A DNA stretch of 64,000 bases. It comes from a bacterium (GTDB lineage Bacteria; SZUA-182; DTGQ01). The stretch lies in the NCBI GenBank assembly GCA_040755755.1, contig JBFLZW010000031.1, positions 64,561-128,560 of the forward strand. Reading direction: 5' to 3'. The notes under the pieces were generated by a model. The model did no database searches and was not told the DNA's origin. It saw nothing but the letters and a program-made list of their open reading frames with translations. The position numbers were made by a program, and so were the translations under genes. Below are positions 47,451 through 55,317 of the stretch, in pieces (within the stretch, counting starts at the first letter, position 1; every line of letters starts with the position of its first letter).

Positions 47451-47535
47451 TGGTCAGTGGTCAGTGATCAGTGGTTAGTGGCTGGAATCCAGAAGTCAGG
47501 AGAAAAACAGCCCTTATTCTGACTCCTGACTCCTG
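47448..47535. repeat. heptamer repeat block (agtggtcagtggtcagtgatcagtggttagtggctgg) fused to an imperfect hairpin of GTCAGGA/TCCTGAC-type repeats
   Basis: Read directly from the sequence, between the kinase gene and the thioredoxin-TPR gene. Same two repeat families as at 57107-57173 and 59121-59160. Confidence 0.5.
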
Positions 47536-47561
47536 AATTCTTTAAAAAAAAGGAGTGTCAG

Positions 47562-49556
47562 ATGAAGATTACCCGAAAATGCCGTGCCGTCAGTTTGATC
47601 CTCACCCTTGGTTTTTTCCTCTCGGGAATGGGCGTAAGCTATGGCCAGATCGCACCCGGCCAGTCCGCTCCGCTCTTTTCCCTGAAGGATATCGCCGGAA
47701 AATCCCATGACCTGGCCCAGATGAAAAATCAGCCCATGATTATTCTCTACTTCTTCGATGCAGAATCGAGGCCGAGCCAGGAAGGAATCGTAAGCCTGAA
47801 TCAATTGGCCAGACAATACAAGGGCTATGACCTGACCACCCTGGCCATTACCCTCTCTCCGCGGGCCAAGATCGATCAGTTCAGGAAGCAGACCGACCTA
47901 GGGTTTCCCATCATCCAGGACCAGTCCGGGATCAGCGACCGGTATCAGGCCCGGCAGATACTGCCCACGGTCTGCATTATCGGGCCGGGTCTTCGCGTTC
48001 TCGACCATTTTCAGGGCGGAGGCAAAACCACCGAAGTGATGCTGGTCAGGCTGGCCGAGAGGGAATTACAGAGAAAACAGACCACGCTGGCTAAAGCCAT
48101 CAGCGCCGAGGTGGTAAAAAAGAACCCTCACAATACCAGGGCCAAAACAGTGGCTGGTTATGCAGCCCTCAGGGAGGGGAACCTCAAGCAGGCGCAGGAG
48201 GTTTTCCAGAACCTGGCCAAAGACAGCGGACAGGCAGAGGTACTTGGCAAAGAAGGGCTGGCCGCCGTTCATGTCCAGAAGGGAGAGGCGGCCAGAGCCC
48301 TTGAGCTGGCCAGAGAGATAGAGCACAAAGCTCCTGAAAGATCCTATGTCCATGTCATCAAGGGAGATATTCTCGCCAGTCAGGATAAAAAGCAGGAGGC
48401 CGAGGCGGAATATCAGAAAGCGATAGCCAAGAAGGATGCCGAGCCGTACCAGGAAGCGGTCAGGCATAACCAGCTTGGCCGGTTGTATGCAAGCAGCGGA
48501 CAGTATCAAAAGGCGCGTGAGCTTTACGACCAGGCGGTGGCCATCGATCCTTATTACATCGAGGGGACGACCAACAAGGGGATAACCTACCAGAAAGAAG
48601 GCAATTGGGATAAAGCCCTGGAATCCTTTCAGCAGGCCGTCACCCTTGACAAGGGCGATACCTTTGCGGTTGTCCTGGCCAAAAAAGCCCAGGAGATGCT
48701 GGAGTTCCAGAAAGACAACGAGCGTAAAAAACGGGTTGACCAACTGGTGAAAGACCTGGCCGAGCGGTACCGCAGTCAGGAGAAGTCCAGGCCAAAGGAT
48801 GAAGATACCTGGACCTCCCGGCCCATGATTATCTCCTTTGTCGATTTTCAGGAAAAAGGCGGCCTGGCCGAGCGGGATGGCTTCTCGACCGTGATGACCA
48901 GCCAGTTAAGCGATTCCCTGACCGCCTCGAACCGGGTCCAGGTGGTGGAGCGGGTGCTGATCGAGCGTCTCATGGAGGAGTTGAACCTTGGTTCTTCGGA
49001 TCTGGCTGATCAGGAAACTGCGCTCAAGCTTGGCCGGGTACTGGCCGCCAAACTGATCGGCACCGGATCCCTCTTTTACCTGCCCAACGGGACGCTCCTG
49101 AATCTCAGGCTCATCGACAGCGAAACCTCAGCCATCCCTTTGGTGATCACCCGGCAAATCAGCCCCCAGGCATCTCTGGAAAAAGAGCTTTACGCCCTCA
49201 ACCGGCAGATATTAAGGACAGTCATGGAAAAGTATCCCCTGCACGGGTATCTGGTTGAAGTCACAGGAGATCAGGCCCTGGTTAACCTCGGCTCCCGCCA
49301 GGGAGTGGTTCAGGGGACACGGTTTGAAGTGCTGGAAGAAGGCAAGCCGATCACCTACAAGGGGAAGACGCTCCAGAGCTCACCAAAAATCATCGCCCAG
49401 GCCGAGGTTGTCCGGGTTGAGCCTGACCTGTGCCATATCCGGATCATCAGCCAGGAAAGACCCCTGAAAACCGATGACAAGGTCCAGGAGAGAATCGCGG
49501 AAGCGGTCCTGGGAGAAGGCAGCGAAGAAGGTAGTGGAAGCAGGGATCATGAATAG
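47562..49556 (+). CDS. secreted multidomain protein: thioredoxin-like (no CxxC) + TPR repeats + C-terminal LpoB/CsgG/TolB-N-like domain
   Basis: Signal peptide. The redoxin-fold region lacks a CxxC motif (ILYFFDAESRPSQ). Central TPR repeats. C-terminus reads ...VQVVERVLIERLMEELNLGSSDLADQETALKLGRVLAAKLIGTGS... Confidence 0.65.
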   Translation: MKITRKCRAVSLILTLGFFLSGMGVSYGQIAPGQSAPLFSLKDIAGKSHDLAQMKNQPMIILYFFDAESRPSQEGIVSLNQLARQYKGYDLTTLAITLSPRAKIDQFRKQTDLGFPIIQDQSGISDRYQARQILPTVCIIGPGLRVLDHFQGGGKTTEVMLVRLAERELQRKQTTLAKAISAEVVKKNPHNTRAKTVAGYAALREGNLKQAQEVFQNLAKDSGQAEVLGKEGLAAVHVQKGEAARALELAREIEHKAPERSYVHVIKGDILASQDKKQEAEAEYQKAIAKKDAEPYQEAVRHNQLGRLYASSGQYQKARELYDQAVAIDPYYIEGTTNKGITYQKEGNWDKALESFQQAVTLDKGDTFAVVLAKKAQEMLEFQKDNERKKRVDQLVKDLAERYRSQEKSRPKDEDTWTSRPMIISFVDFQEKGGLAERDGFSTVMTSQLSDSLTASNRVQVVERVLIERLMEELNLGSSDLADQETALKLGRVLAAKLIGTGSLFYLPNGTLLNLRLIDSETSAIPLVITRQISPQASLEKELYALNRQILRTVMEKYPLHGYLVEVTGDQALVNLGSRQGVVQGTRFEVLEEGKPITYKGKTLQSSPKIIAQAEVVRVEPDLCHIRIISQERPLKTDDKVQERIAEAVLGEGSEEGSGSRDHE

Positions 49557-50082
49557 AAGAGCATGGCTGACAGGTCTTATCCTGGTTGGATTTTTTTGCG
49601 CCTCCTGCACGTTGCGTCAATCCCTGCCCCTTGGGCAGGGCACAGCGATGGAAAAGGATACTGCAATTGAAAAGGGTGCTGCGGTAGCTGTCTGGGATTT
49701 CGATAACTTGAGCCCATCTGCCGAAGGCCAGCCGCCTTCACTGGGAGAGCTTCTCTCCGCTCAGGTTATGGAATCGCTCCAGTCTCGCGGGGATGTAACG
49801 GTCATCGAGCGGCAGCGGCTGCACCTGGCCCTTGAGGAGCTTAAATTGGGATCGACCTCACTGGCGGATGAGGCCACACGGTTAAAGCTCGGCCATCTGG
49901 TGGGAGCCCGGCTGATGGTTTTTGGAGCCTACCAGGCGATCGCCGGCACCATGCGCCTCGACCTGCGGCTGGTCGAAGTGGAAACCGGCAAGGTGCGTAA
50001 TGCTGTCAAAGGAACGGCTTCGAGCGGGGATATGGCCGAATGGCTGAAGACCGCCAGGGAAGCCGCGGCAGGGCTGCTGTAG
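49474..50082 (+). CDS. small periplasmic/lipo-protein with LpoB/CsgG-like domain, paralogous to C-terminus of upstream gene (probable start ATG 49549, overlapping upstream stop)
   Basis: Signal peptide with Cys residues. VAVWDFDNLS...VTVIERQRLHLALEELKLGSTSLADEATRLKLGHLVGARLMVFG follows the same pattern as the upstream domain. Confidence 0.55.
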   Translation: MTRSRRESRKRSWEKAAKKVVEAGIMNRRAWLTGLILVGFFCASCTLRQSLPLGQGTAMEKDTAIEKGAAVAVWDFDNLSPSAEGQPPSLGELLSAQVMESLQSRGDVTVIERQRLHLALEELKLGSTSLADEATRLKLGHLVGARLMVFGAYQAIAGTMRLDLRLVEVETGKVRNAVKGTASSGDMAEWLKTAREAAAGLL

Positions 50083-50107
50083 GGCACACATTCTCCGAAA
50101 ATTCTAT

Positions 50108-50401
50108 TCAGGGATGAGAAGTTATTGCAATGATGGTAATTTGACCTGCATCAGGACCATAATACCAAAAGACCCTATATGCCGCAGGAGTGGATTGTTC
50201 AGCATAAGCTTCAAAGACTTTTTCTTTTTCGGGTCCTTTTAAGCTGGTGAATTCATGGGTTTCAAGACTTTTATGTCTTGGATTTTCAGCTAATAAATGG
50301 ACAGTCCTGGTTACTGCCTTGTACCTTTTTTCGAGTCCCTTGTCAGTTTTAAGCCTCTCTAATTGCTTTTTTGCCTGATCAGTAAGGAAGATTTCAAACA
50401 A
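50108..50401 (-). CDS. RelE/ParE-family type II toxin
   Basis: ...LAENPRH... and a C-terminal ...YRVFWYYGPDAGQITIIAITSHP, typical of RelE/StbE-like toxins. 97 aa. Confidence 0.6.
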   Translation of the reverse strand: MFEIFLTDQAKKQLERLKTDKGLEKRYKAVTRTVHLLAENPRHKSLETHEFTSLKGPEKEKVFEAYAEQSTPAAYRVFWYYGPDAGQITIIAITSHP

Positions 50402-50412
50402 AACTGGCTATC

Positions 50413-50742
50413 CTAAAATTCATCAAGATTAAGTTTCGATATCTTGCCCTCGGATGCATCCTTTAAGCCGTCCATAACACTTTCAAGGGCTTCTTTATTT
50501 TGAAAAAGCCAAACCTCTGAAGCTGGAATTTCTGCTATAGGTTGTAAGAGAATCTCTCCCCGGTTATTTTTATATAGTCTGACTCTTTTATAACCCTTCA
50601 AAAGATCACCCAGAGTAATTCGTGTTCTGTCGTCAATTGTTTTAGTATCAACCTCTTGAAATTCATCATTAATCTGCAGGGTATTATTTTTCATAGTATC
50701 ACCTCCTGAACAGAATATACTATAATTCCCATATTGGGTCAA
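50413..50742 (-). CDS. putative antitoxin (AbrB/MazE-like swapped-hairpin) partnered with RelE-like toxin; true start probably internal (MKNNTLQ...)
   Basis: It sits 11 bp upstream of the toxin. RITLGDLLKGYKRVRLYKNNRGEILLQP resembles SpoVT/AbrB-type antitoxins. Confidence 0.45.
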   Translation of the reverse strand: MTQYGNYSIFCSGGDTMKNNTLQINDEFQEVDTKTIDDRTRITLGDLLKGYKRVRLYKNNRGEILLQPIAEIPASEVWLFQNKEALESVMDGLKDASEGKISKLNLDEF

Positions 50743-50851
50743 TGGGCAATTCTATTCCTCCAGCAATTCTAATTATGAACTTTTATGGACAATTTAACCT
50801 CACATCTTTCGGGATTGGATAGAGGTTTATAGCGGTTCCCGGTTGAGTGGA

Positions 50852-51223
50852 CTACCTGATAGTAGTATAACCAGATAGAATAGAATGGCACTGAGAAGCT
50901 GTCTGAAAAATACCAAGGCTTGATTGTCTGATTTTATTCACTACCGGAGAGAAGAAGGTCTCAATCCGAAATCGTTTCCTGTACCAGTTGCAGGCATCTT
51001 GTGTCGATTCAACATTGGTGACCAGAGAGATGGGCTCTTTGTAGTCCTTCTCCCACCAGAGGATAGCATGAACAGGACCATAGGCTTGGTTGGTGAAAAA
51101 GACACCTGGCAGACTCACAGGCTTTTGTCCCTGGGGGACAAAGATCTTGCCCAGAGGAGAGCTTTTTGTCTCCCTTAAAGAGCACACTGCTTTTGCCCGG
51201 GCGACAGGCATACTGCCAGCCAT
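50852..51223 (-). pseudogene. IS4-like (DDE_Tnp_1) transposase C-terminal fragment
   Basis: Y(2)R(3)E(6)K signature: YRKRFRIETFFSPVVNK. No N-terminal catalytic region. A homologous fragment recurs at 53817-53900. Confidence 0.55.
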
Positions 51224-51282
51224 AGCTTTGTAAGAAATTATTTTACGTTATTCTGGTTTATTTCAGAGACGAGGCTTCACCT

Positions 51283-51690
51283 TTAAGGAACTAAATAAGG
51301 GGACTCAGGTCGTGGCCTGAGTTTTCCTTCCTTGCAGTCAACGATCAGGTCGAGTTCCTCCAAAATGGTCTGGCCGAGCAGACCTTCGCTCCCCGGAGGA
51401 CCGACCACACAATTAACCGGCGTGATTCTGTTTTCAACCCTGACCATAGCCACTCCAGCCACTTCTCTTTCCTCTTTCCGTTCATCCGCGTAGGTGACGA
51501 TGACCTTATCCAGCCTTTTCAGGCCGAGTTGCTCCACCAGGTCCTGGGGCAGGACGAGCATTGTTGAGCCGCTATCGACCAGCACCCTGACCCTTTCCCT
51601 GCGGATCTCCTCTATTTTCCTGAGATTGTGCTCATATAATACCCTATCGTCGTAATTCTCAATCTCAAGCTCAACGATGACTTCACCCAT
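51283..51690 (-). CDS. retropepsin-like (clan AA) aspartic protease
   Basis: VLVDSGST active-site motif. 135 aa single-domain protein. Confidence 0.7.
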   Translation of the reverse strand: MGEVIVELEIENYDDRVLYEHNLRKIEEIRRERVRVLVDSGSTMLVLPQDLVEQLGLKRLDKVIVTYADERKEEREVAGVAMVRVENRITPVNCVVGPPGSEGLLGQTILEELDLIVDCKEGKLRPRPESPYLVP

Positions 51691-51820
51691 GTTCTATCCA
51701 CTCCTTTCAGTATCCGGTTTTGCTGCCCCCTGAGAGCAAATATAGCGAATAACCATGAGTATTGTCAATGAATTATAATGTTTTTCACGACAAGGGATCA
51801 GGCAGAAATTTATCGTAACA

Positions 51821-52612
51821 ATGCATCCAATCAAGGAAAGAGCAAAAAAGAGCATGCTGGCTATCGAAAACCTGAGTGTTCGGCTTTTTAGCCGAACTAT
51901 CCTGAAAGATGTTAATCTTCATATTCCTCCGGGCGAAGTTCATGCCCTGTTCGGCCCCAATGGATCAGGGAAAACAACGCTCCTGATGACTATCATGGGC
52001 TTTCCTGAGTATGAGGTGATTTCGGGCCGGATTATTCTCAAGGGAGAGGATATTACGAACCTTCCAGTTTATGAAAGGGCTCAGGCAGGAATCGGCATCT
52101 CGTTTCAGCGGCCTCCAACCATCAAGGGAATAAAGACGCAGCAGATGCTCAAGATCTGCAATCGCAGCCAGCAGGACTTTAGCCCCTTTATCGAGGAGCT
52201 GAATTTTCAGGATCTTCTGGCCCGTGATGTCAATCAGGGATTTTCAGGGGGAGAAATCAAAAAATCCGAGATGCTGCAGCTCCTGGTCCAGCGCCCCCTG
52301 ATGGCCCTTCTGGATGAGCCGGAATCGGGGGTGGACCTTGAAAACATCGCTCTCATCGGTGGGGCTATCAATCAGTTGCTTCACCGGAACTGGCCGGGGG
52401 AAGAAACAACCGAATGCCGGCGCAAAGTGCGCGAAGAGCGCCGTATTGCCGGGCTGATCATTACCCATACCGGCTACATTCTCGACTATGTGGAAGCGGA
52501 CCGGGGGCATGTGATGATGGACGGCACGATTGCCTGCCACGGAAATCCCCGGGAAATACTGCGCTGCATCAAAGAGGTAGGATATGAGGAGTGCGTGCGA
52601 TGCCTGATCTGA
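51821..52612 (+). CDS. sufC: Fe-S cluster assembly ATPase SufC
   Basis: Walker A GPNGSGKTT. SufC-type signature FSGGEIKKSEMLQL. 263 aa. Confidence 0.85.
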   Translation: MHPIKERAKKSMLAIENLSVRLFSRTILKDVNLHIPPGEVHALFGPNGSGKTTLLMTIMGFPEYEVISGRIILKGEDITNLPVYERAQAGIGISFQRPPTIKGIKTQQMLKICNRSQQDFSPFIEELNFQDLLARDVNQGFSGGEIKKSEMLQLLVQRPLMALLDEPESGVDLENIALIGGAINQLLHRNWPGEETTECRRKVREERRIAGLIITHTGYILDYVEADRGHVMMDGTIACHGNPREILRCIKEVGYEECVRCLI

Positions 52613-53817
52613 GAAAAGAGAGGGCGCAGGCTGCCCTGCACAAACAGGCCCTGTACGGCCCGGATATCGACTTGAGGCAGTTTTCCCTGACAGCTCCTGA
52701 AGAGCCGTATCAGAAAGACCTTCGGCAGCTCCCGAAGGAGTTTTCCCGGCAGGTTCTGTCCGCGGGCATTGAAACCGGGGAAAAGGGCCGGTCAGGGACG
52801 TATCTCCAGAAAAACCACTCGGTGCTCCACTGCCAGATCCATCAGGAAGGGGTCGAGATTCTGAACATCGACGATGCCCTGGCAAGATATGACTGGCTTG
52901 GAGACTACTGGTGGAAGATGGTGCCCGTGGACCAGGATAAATATACCGCCTGGGCGTATCTTCACCCGCATCACGGATACTTCATCCGGGCACTGCCGGA
53001 AGCCAAAACCACCTTCCCGCTTCAGGCCTGCCTGTATATCGAGCAGGACAACCTGGTGCAGAACGTACACAATATCATCATTGCTGAAGAGGGGTCGGAA
53101 CTGGATATCATTACCGGCTGTGCCGCCCATTCAGGAATGAAACGGGGGCTGCATGTGGGAGTATCGGAGTTTTACGTCAAAAAAGGAGCCAGGCTTACCT
53201 TTACCATGATCCACAACTGGGCCGAGCAGATGGATGTCAGGCCCCGATCAGCCGCAGCCGTCGGGCCTTCGGGTATTTTTATCTCCAACTACGTTTCCAT
53301 GAAGCCGATCCGGTCGTTGCAGATGTATCCGGCCACCTGGCTGCAGGGGAAAGATGCCCTGGCCCGGTATCATAACATCCTGGTGGCTACCCCTGGCTCT
53401 GAGCTGGATGTGGGCTCCACTGTTACCCTGGAGGCACCAGGCACCCGGGCTGAAGTGGTGAGCCGGGCTATTTCAGCCGGAGGGAAAATATGGGCCAGGG
53501 GACGACTGGTCGGGAAAGCGGAAGATATCAAAGCCCATCTCGAATGCCGCGGCCTGATTCTGGAAGAGGGAGGAACGATTCAGGCCATTCCGGAGCTGGA
53601 AGGCCATCTGCCGGGAATAGACCTTTCTCACGAGGCTGCCGTAGGGAAAATCGCCCAGGAAGAGATCAATTACCTGATGGCCAGGGGGCTTCCCGAATCG
53701 GAAGCCATTGCCGCCATTGTCCGGGGCTTCCTGACCGTGGATATTGCGGGCCTGCCAGGTGAGCTGCAAACGGAATTGAACCGGGTGATAGAGGAGAGCG
53801 AGAAGACGCTTCTGTGA
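52591..53817 (+). CDS. sufB: Fe-S cluster assembly scaffold SufB/SufD-family protein
   Basis: SufBD beta-helix core. 408 aa. Overlaps sufC by 22 bp. Together they form a minimal SufCB system. Confidence 0.8.
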   Translation: MRAMPDLRKERAQAALHKQALYGPDIDLRQFSLTAPEEPYQKDLRQLPKEFSRQVLSAGIETGEKGRSGTYLQKNHSVLHCQIHQEGVEILNIDDALARYDWLGDYWWKMVPVDQDKYTAWAYLHPHHGYFIRALPEAKTTFPLQACLYIEQDNLVQNVHNIIIAEEGSELDIITGCAAHSGMKRGLHVGVSEFYVKKGARLTFTMIHNWAEQMDVRPRSAAAVGPSGIFISNYVSMKPIRSLQMYPATWLQGKDALARYHNILVATPGSELDVGSTVTLEAPGTRAEVVSRAISAGGKIWARGRLVGKAEDIKAHLECRGLILEEGGTIQAIPELEGHLPGIDLSHEAAVGKIAQEEINYLMARGLPESEAIAAIVRGFLTVDIAGLPGELQTELNRVIEESEKTLL

Positions 53818-53900
53818 GAGGCTGTCTGAAAAATACCAGGGCTTGATGATTGTGATAATCTAAAATTCCCCCATTTTAGGGGTTTGTGACAACGCAAAAT
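53817..53900 (-). pseudogene. second remnant of the same IS4-like transposase 3' end (encodes ...QSSSPGIFQTAS...)
   Basis: A ~35-bp stretch ggctgtctgaaaaataccagggcttgat is near-identical to 50895-50925 (agctgtctgaaaaataccaaggcttgat). Confidence 0.5.
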
Positions 53901-54049
53901 TCCCCCACCCCTGACTGAAGTTTCCGGTATTTATATGGGCAGAAAAAAACTAAAGACCATGATACCGGAGGCAGGAAGATGATAGGGATGAATAAGTATG
54001 AATACATATTCCCCGTGTTAACAGCTTTGAGGAGTTAAACGAGTATCTA

Positions 54050-54388
54050 TTGGGGCAATGTCTGTCTCATGATGACCATAAAGTGGAGGGGAAGGAAGGA
54101 TGTGTTGAGGAGCTTTTTGAGAAGGAGAAATCCCAAAACATTACCATGTTATACAATGATATTTCCTTAACTGGAGATATGCTCGTAAGATCTGTTAATT
54201 GGAAAAATTACCCTTTTCCGGTTCCGGTAAAAATCATAATTCAAATAATGCCATCAGAGCATCGTGATCTTTTACAATTAGCAGATAGGCTTGGAATACC
54301 AAAACGTGATTTTCACAAAGTGATTAATCAATGGAGTACGGAGCCTCTATATCAATTCATCAGCCCAGTAGGCCAGTTTAATTTTTAA
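54050..54388 (+). CDS. hypothetical protein in low-GC segment (possibly 5'-truncated; start uncertain)
   Basis: It is an ORF within an AT-rich stretch with a strong terminator downstream. No recognisable motifs. Confidence 0.3.
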   Translation: MGQCLSHDDHKVEGKEGCVEELFEKEKSQNITMLYNDISLTGDMLVRSVNWKNYPFPVPVKIIIQIMPSEHRDLLQLADRLGIPKRDFHKVINQWSTEPLYQFISPVGQFNF

Positions 54389-54396
54389 TGATAAGC

Positions 54397-54427
54397 GTCA
54401 CCAATTTTAAATTTTTGGTGACTTTTT
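54397..54427 (+). terminator. rho-independent terminator (gtcaccaa-N10-ttggtgac + TTTTT)
   Basis: Perfect 8-bp stem followed by a T5 run, immediately after ORF 54050..54388. Confidence 0.6.
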
Positions 54428-54485
54428 GGTGACTTAAACACAAAAGGGTTACCGACTCTAATCAGTAACCCCTTGAGTTTACTGA

Positions 54486-54557
54486 AGCCGGCGATGGGAT
54501 TCGAACCCGCGGCCTGCTGATTACGAATCAGCTGCTCTACCCCTGAGCTACGCCGGC
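54486..54557 (-). tRNA. tRNA-Thr (anticodon CGT)
   Basis: The minus strand folds as a cloverleaf. Acceptor stem GCCGGCG/CGCCGGC, D-arm GCTC-AGGGGTA-GAGC, anticodon stem GCTGA/TCAGC with loop TTCGTAA (U33, anticodon CGU, A37), and T-loop TTCGAAT. One C-A mismatch in the T-stem. CCA is not encoded. Confidence 0.75.
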
Positions 54558-54658
54558 GATTACCTGCACATTCAACATCGATGAAGTGGCGAATGATTAT
54601 CCTTCAACCCTGAACGCTATTATACTCAAGCATCAGGATCTAAGGCAAGAGAAAAAAC

Positions 54659-55246
54659 TCAGTCAGCCCGGCGAAGATGGTACTGGTTCATGATTTCCTG
54701 TTTGCTCAACAGCGCCTCTACCGGGACACCTGCCTCCCGGATTCGCTCCAGCCCGTTTTCTTCCTGCCGGTCGATTAAAACGATTGCTTTTTCGACCAGG
54801 AGGCCATTGGCCCTGGCCCGTTCAATGGCCGTGATGGTCGATTGTCCGGTGGTAACTACGTCATCAACCACCACCACCCGGTCTGCGGGATGCAGGTCTC
54901 CCTCGATTTCCCGCTGCAAACCGTGATCTTTTTTCAATTTGCGGACGATGAAAGCTTTAATATTCTGTTGATGTTGATACGCGACACTCATGACTGCATA
55001 GGCGATGGGGTCTGCTCCAAGAGTCAGTCCGCCAATGCCCTGGATGTTAAGATCCCGTATCATGGCAAAAATCAGATGGCCGATACAATCCATTCCCTCC
55101 GGAATCAAGGTTACTTTCCGGCAGTCAAGATAATAATTGCTTGTCTTCCCGGAGGACAGCATGAAGGGCTTGTCTTCGCTGTAGTTGAAGGCCCGATCCA
55201 AAACCAGATTCAATAATCTTTCCTTCATCTCTTTCACGGTTTTCAT
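54659..55246 (-). CDS. orotate phosphoribosyltransferase-like type I PRTase
   Basis: LSSGKTSNYYLDCRKV and the PRPP-binding motif VVVVDDVVTTGQS. 195 aa. Confidence 0.65.
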   Translation of the reverse strand: MKTVKEMKERLLNLVLDRAFNYSEDKPFMLSSGKTSNYYLDCRKVTLIPEGMDCIGHLIFAMIRDLNIQGIGGLTLGADPIAYAVMSVAYQHQQNIKAFIVRKLKKDHGLQREIEGDLHPADRVVVVDDVVTTGQSTITAIERARANGLLVEKAIVLIDRQEENGLERIREAGVPVEALLSKQEIMNQYHLRRAD

Positions 55247-55317
55247 GAACCTTTCTTCTTGTTTTTCAGGAACATTCTTTCTTATAACATTCTTTCTTAT
55301 GAGGAGGAAAGAGCACG

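Noticed and set aside
47448-47493. Heptamer repeat blocks as a possible CRISPR array
   Set aside because: The repeats are 7 bp, tandem and degenerate, with no unique spacers. There are no cas genes. They appear as short blocks at several intergenic sites, which fits REP-like elements.
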